DNA of 64,000 bases from an uncultured bacterium (lineage in GTDB: Bacteria > Muiribacteriota > CAYSPT01), in NCBI GenBank assembly GCA_964432985.1, contig CAYSPT010000002.1:45337-109336 (forward strand), read 5' to 3'. Below are positions 63,414 to 64,000 of this stretch, in pieces; position 1 is the first letter of the stretch; each line of letters begins with the position of its first letter. Under the pieces are notes generated by a model that was given only the letters and a program-made list of their open reading frames with translations, did no database searches and was not told the DNA's origin. The position numbers were made by a program, and so were the translations under genes.

Positions 63414-63971
63414 TCAAGCCTCCTCATTCAGTAATTTTTCGTACTGCAGACGTATCTTGATATTACCGGGCTCACGTTCTACAGCCCGTTTCAAAGCTCT
63501 GAGAGCCTTTTTTCTGTCTCTGAGTACGATCTGGAGATCCGCCAGAAAGACCAGAGACGAAGCGGGACATTCGGGCAACATTTCAATCGACTCCAGCTCC
63601 TTGACGGCTCCTGCCTCATTTCCATCCTGCTGGCAGATTTTCGCCAGGTGCTCACGGGCAACGATATTGGCCGGTTCGACTGCCTTGACTATTTTGAATT
63701 CCTTTTCTGCCAGAGCCAGCTTGCCCAGTCGGAAATAGAATTCTCCTAGTTTACACCGCGCTTCGACATTATCAGGATCTCTGGCCAGTGTTTCCCGGGT
63801 CATCTTCAACTGTTCGGGAACAGGCATCTGGTCACCGGTGTGCTGCCCACCAGCCGGGCAGCCTTTTCCTGATGACAATACCGCGGAATCAGGAAGCCGC
63901 TTTCCACAGCGACCGCAAAAAACGCCCTGCTTGTTCAGATGACCACAGGACAGACACCGCTCCGAGCGCAC
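63414..63971 (-). CDS. zinc-ribbon plus TPR protein
   Basis: N-terminal CLSCGHLN...FCGRCGKRL ribbon, followed by three TPR-like units (EARCKLGEFYFRLGKLALA and others). Confidence 0.65.
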   Translation of the reverse strand: MRSERCLSCGHLNKQGVFCGRCGKRLPDSAVLSSGKGCPAGGQHTGDQMPVPEQLKMTRETLARDPDNVEARCKLGEFYFRLGKLALAEKEFKIVKAVEPANIVAREHLAKICQQDGNEAGAVKELESIEMLPECPASSLVFLADLQIVLRDRKKALRALKRAVEREPGNIKIRLQYEKLLNEEA

Positions 63972-64000
63972 AACCTTATAGATGCTCCTTTAATTTATAA

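Overview
This 64-kb window looks like ordinary core chromosome from a diderm bacterium that I cannot place taxonomically. All calls rest on reading the sequence and on remembered family motifs. No searches or computations were run, and GC comments are by eye.

I support about 58 protein genes, one tRNA-Gln(UUG), several sigma-70-type promoters and two clear intrinsic terminators. I see no rRNA, CRISPR array, transposase, integrase or prophage genes.

**Gene content**
- A 13-kb, 14-gene co-directional minus-strand array: efp-accB-accC-hyp-xseA-xseB-ispA-ispD-ispE-dxr-ispF-dxs-tlyA-nadK.
- A second housekeeping block with Firmicutes-like local order: pth...prs-tRNA-Gln-spoVG, and tmk-DUF327(yaaR)-rapZ-panB-panC.
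- Scattered housekeeping genes: pgi, an EF-G2-like paralog, chorismate mutase/DAHP synthase, rny, psd, leuCD-type dehydratase and eno.
- Many TPR proteins.
- Envelope genes: an Ig-domain protein with a T9SS/FlgD-Ig type C-terminal domain, a PorV-like barrel, a Wzy_C-like/TPR membrane protein, a FadL-like OMP, an Slt-type transglycosylase, a prepilin peptidase plus two pseudopilins, and a GT4 glycosyltransferase.
- An S8 protease followed by an ABC exporter pair.
- An FHA protein plus two zinc-ribbon membrane proteins.
- fliA, a FapA/DUF342 protein, and scattered STAS / anti-sigma kinase genes.

**Most interesting observations**
1. A PorV-like outer-membrane barrel is fused through a long Pro/Glu-rich linker to a GspG-type pseudopilin head domain. 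It sits directly downstream of a CTD-bearing cargo gene.
2. The operonic BCCP (accB) has Asp in place of the biotinyl-lysine: EAMDV instead of EAMKM.
3. Five MEP-pathway genes are inserted into the conserved xseAB-ispA-dxs-tlyA-nadK array.
4. Short tandem duplications recur strikingly at gene termini. Several re-create the last codons plus the stop codon of a gene just downstream. One duplicates the ispA/ispD junction and creates a mini-ORF.
5. A roughly 75-nt intergenic repeat occurs at two to three loci.

Nothing here is a clear-cut novel multi-gene system such as a defence island. The findings are graded with that in mind.
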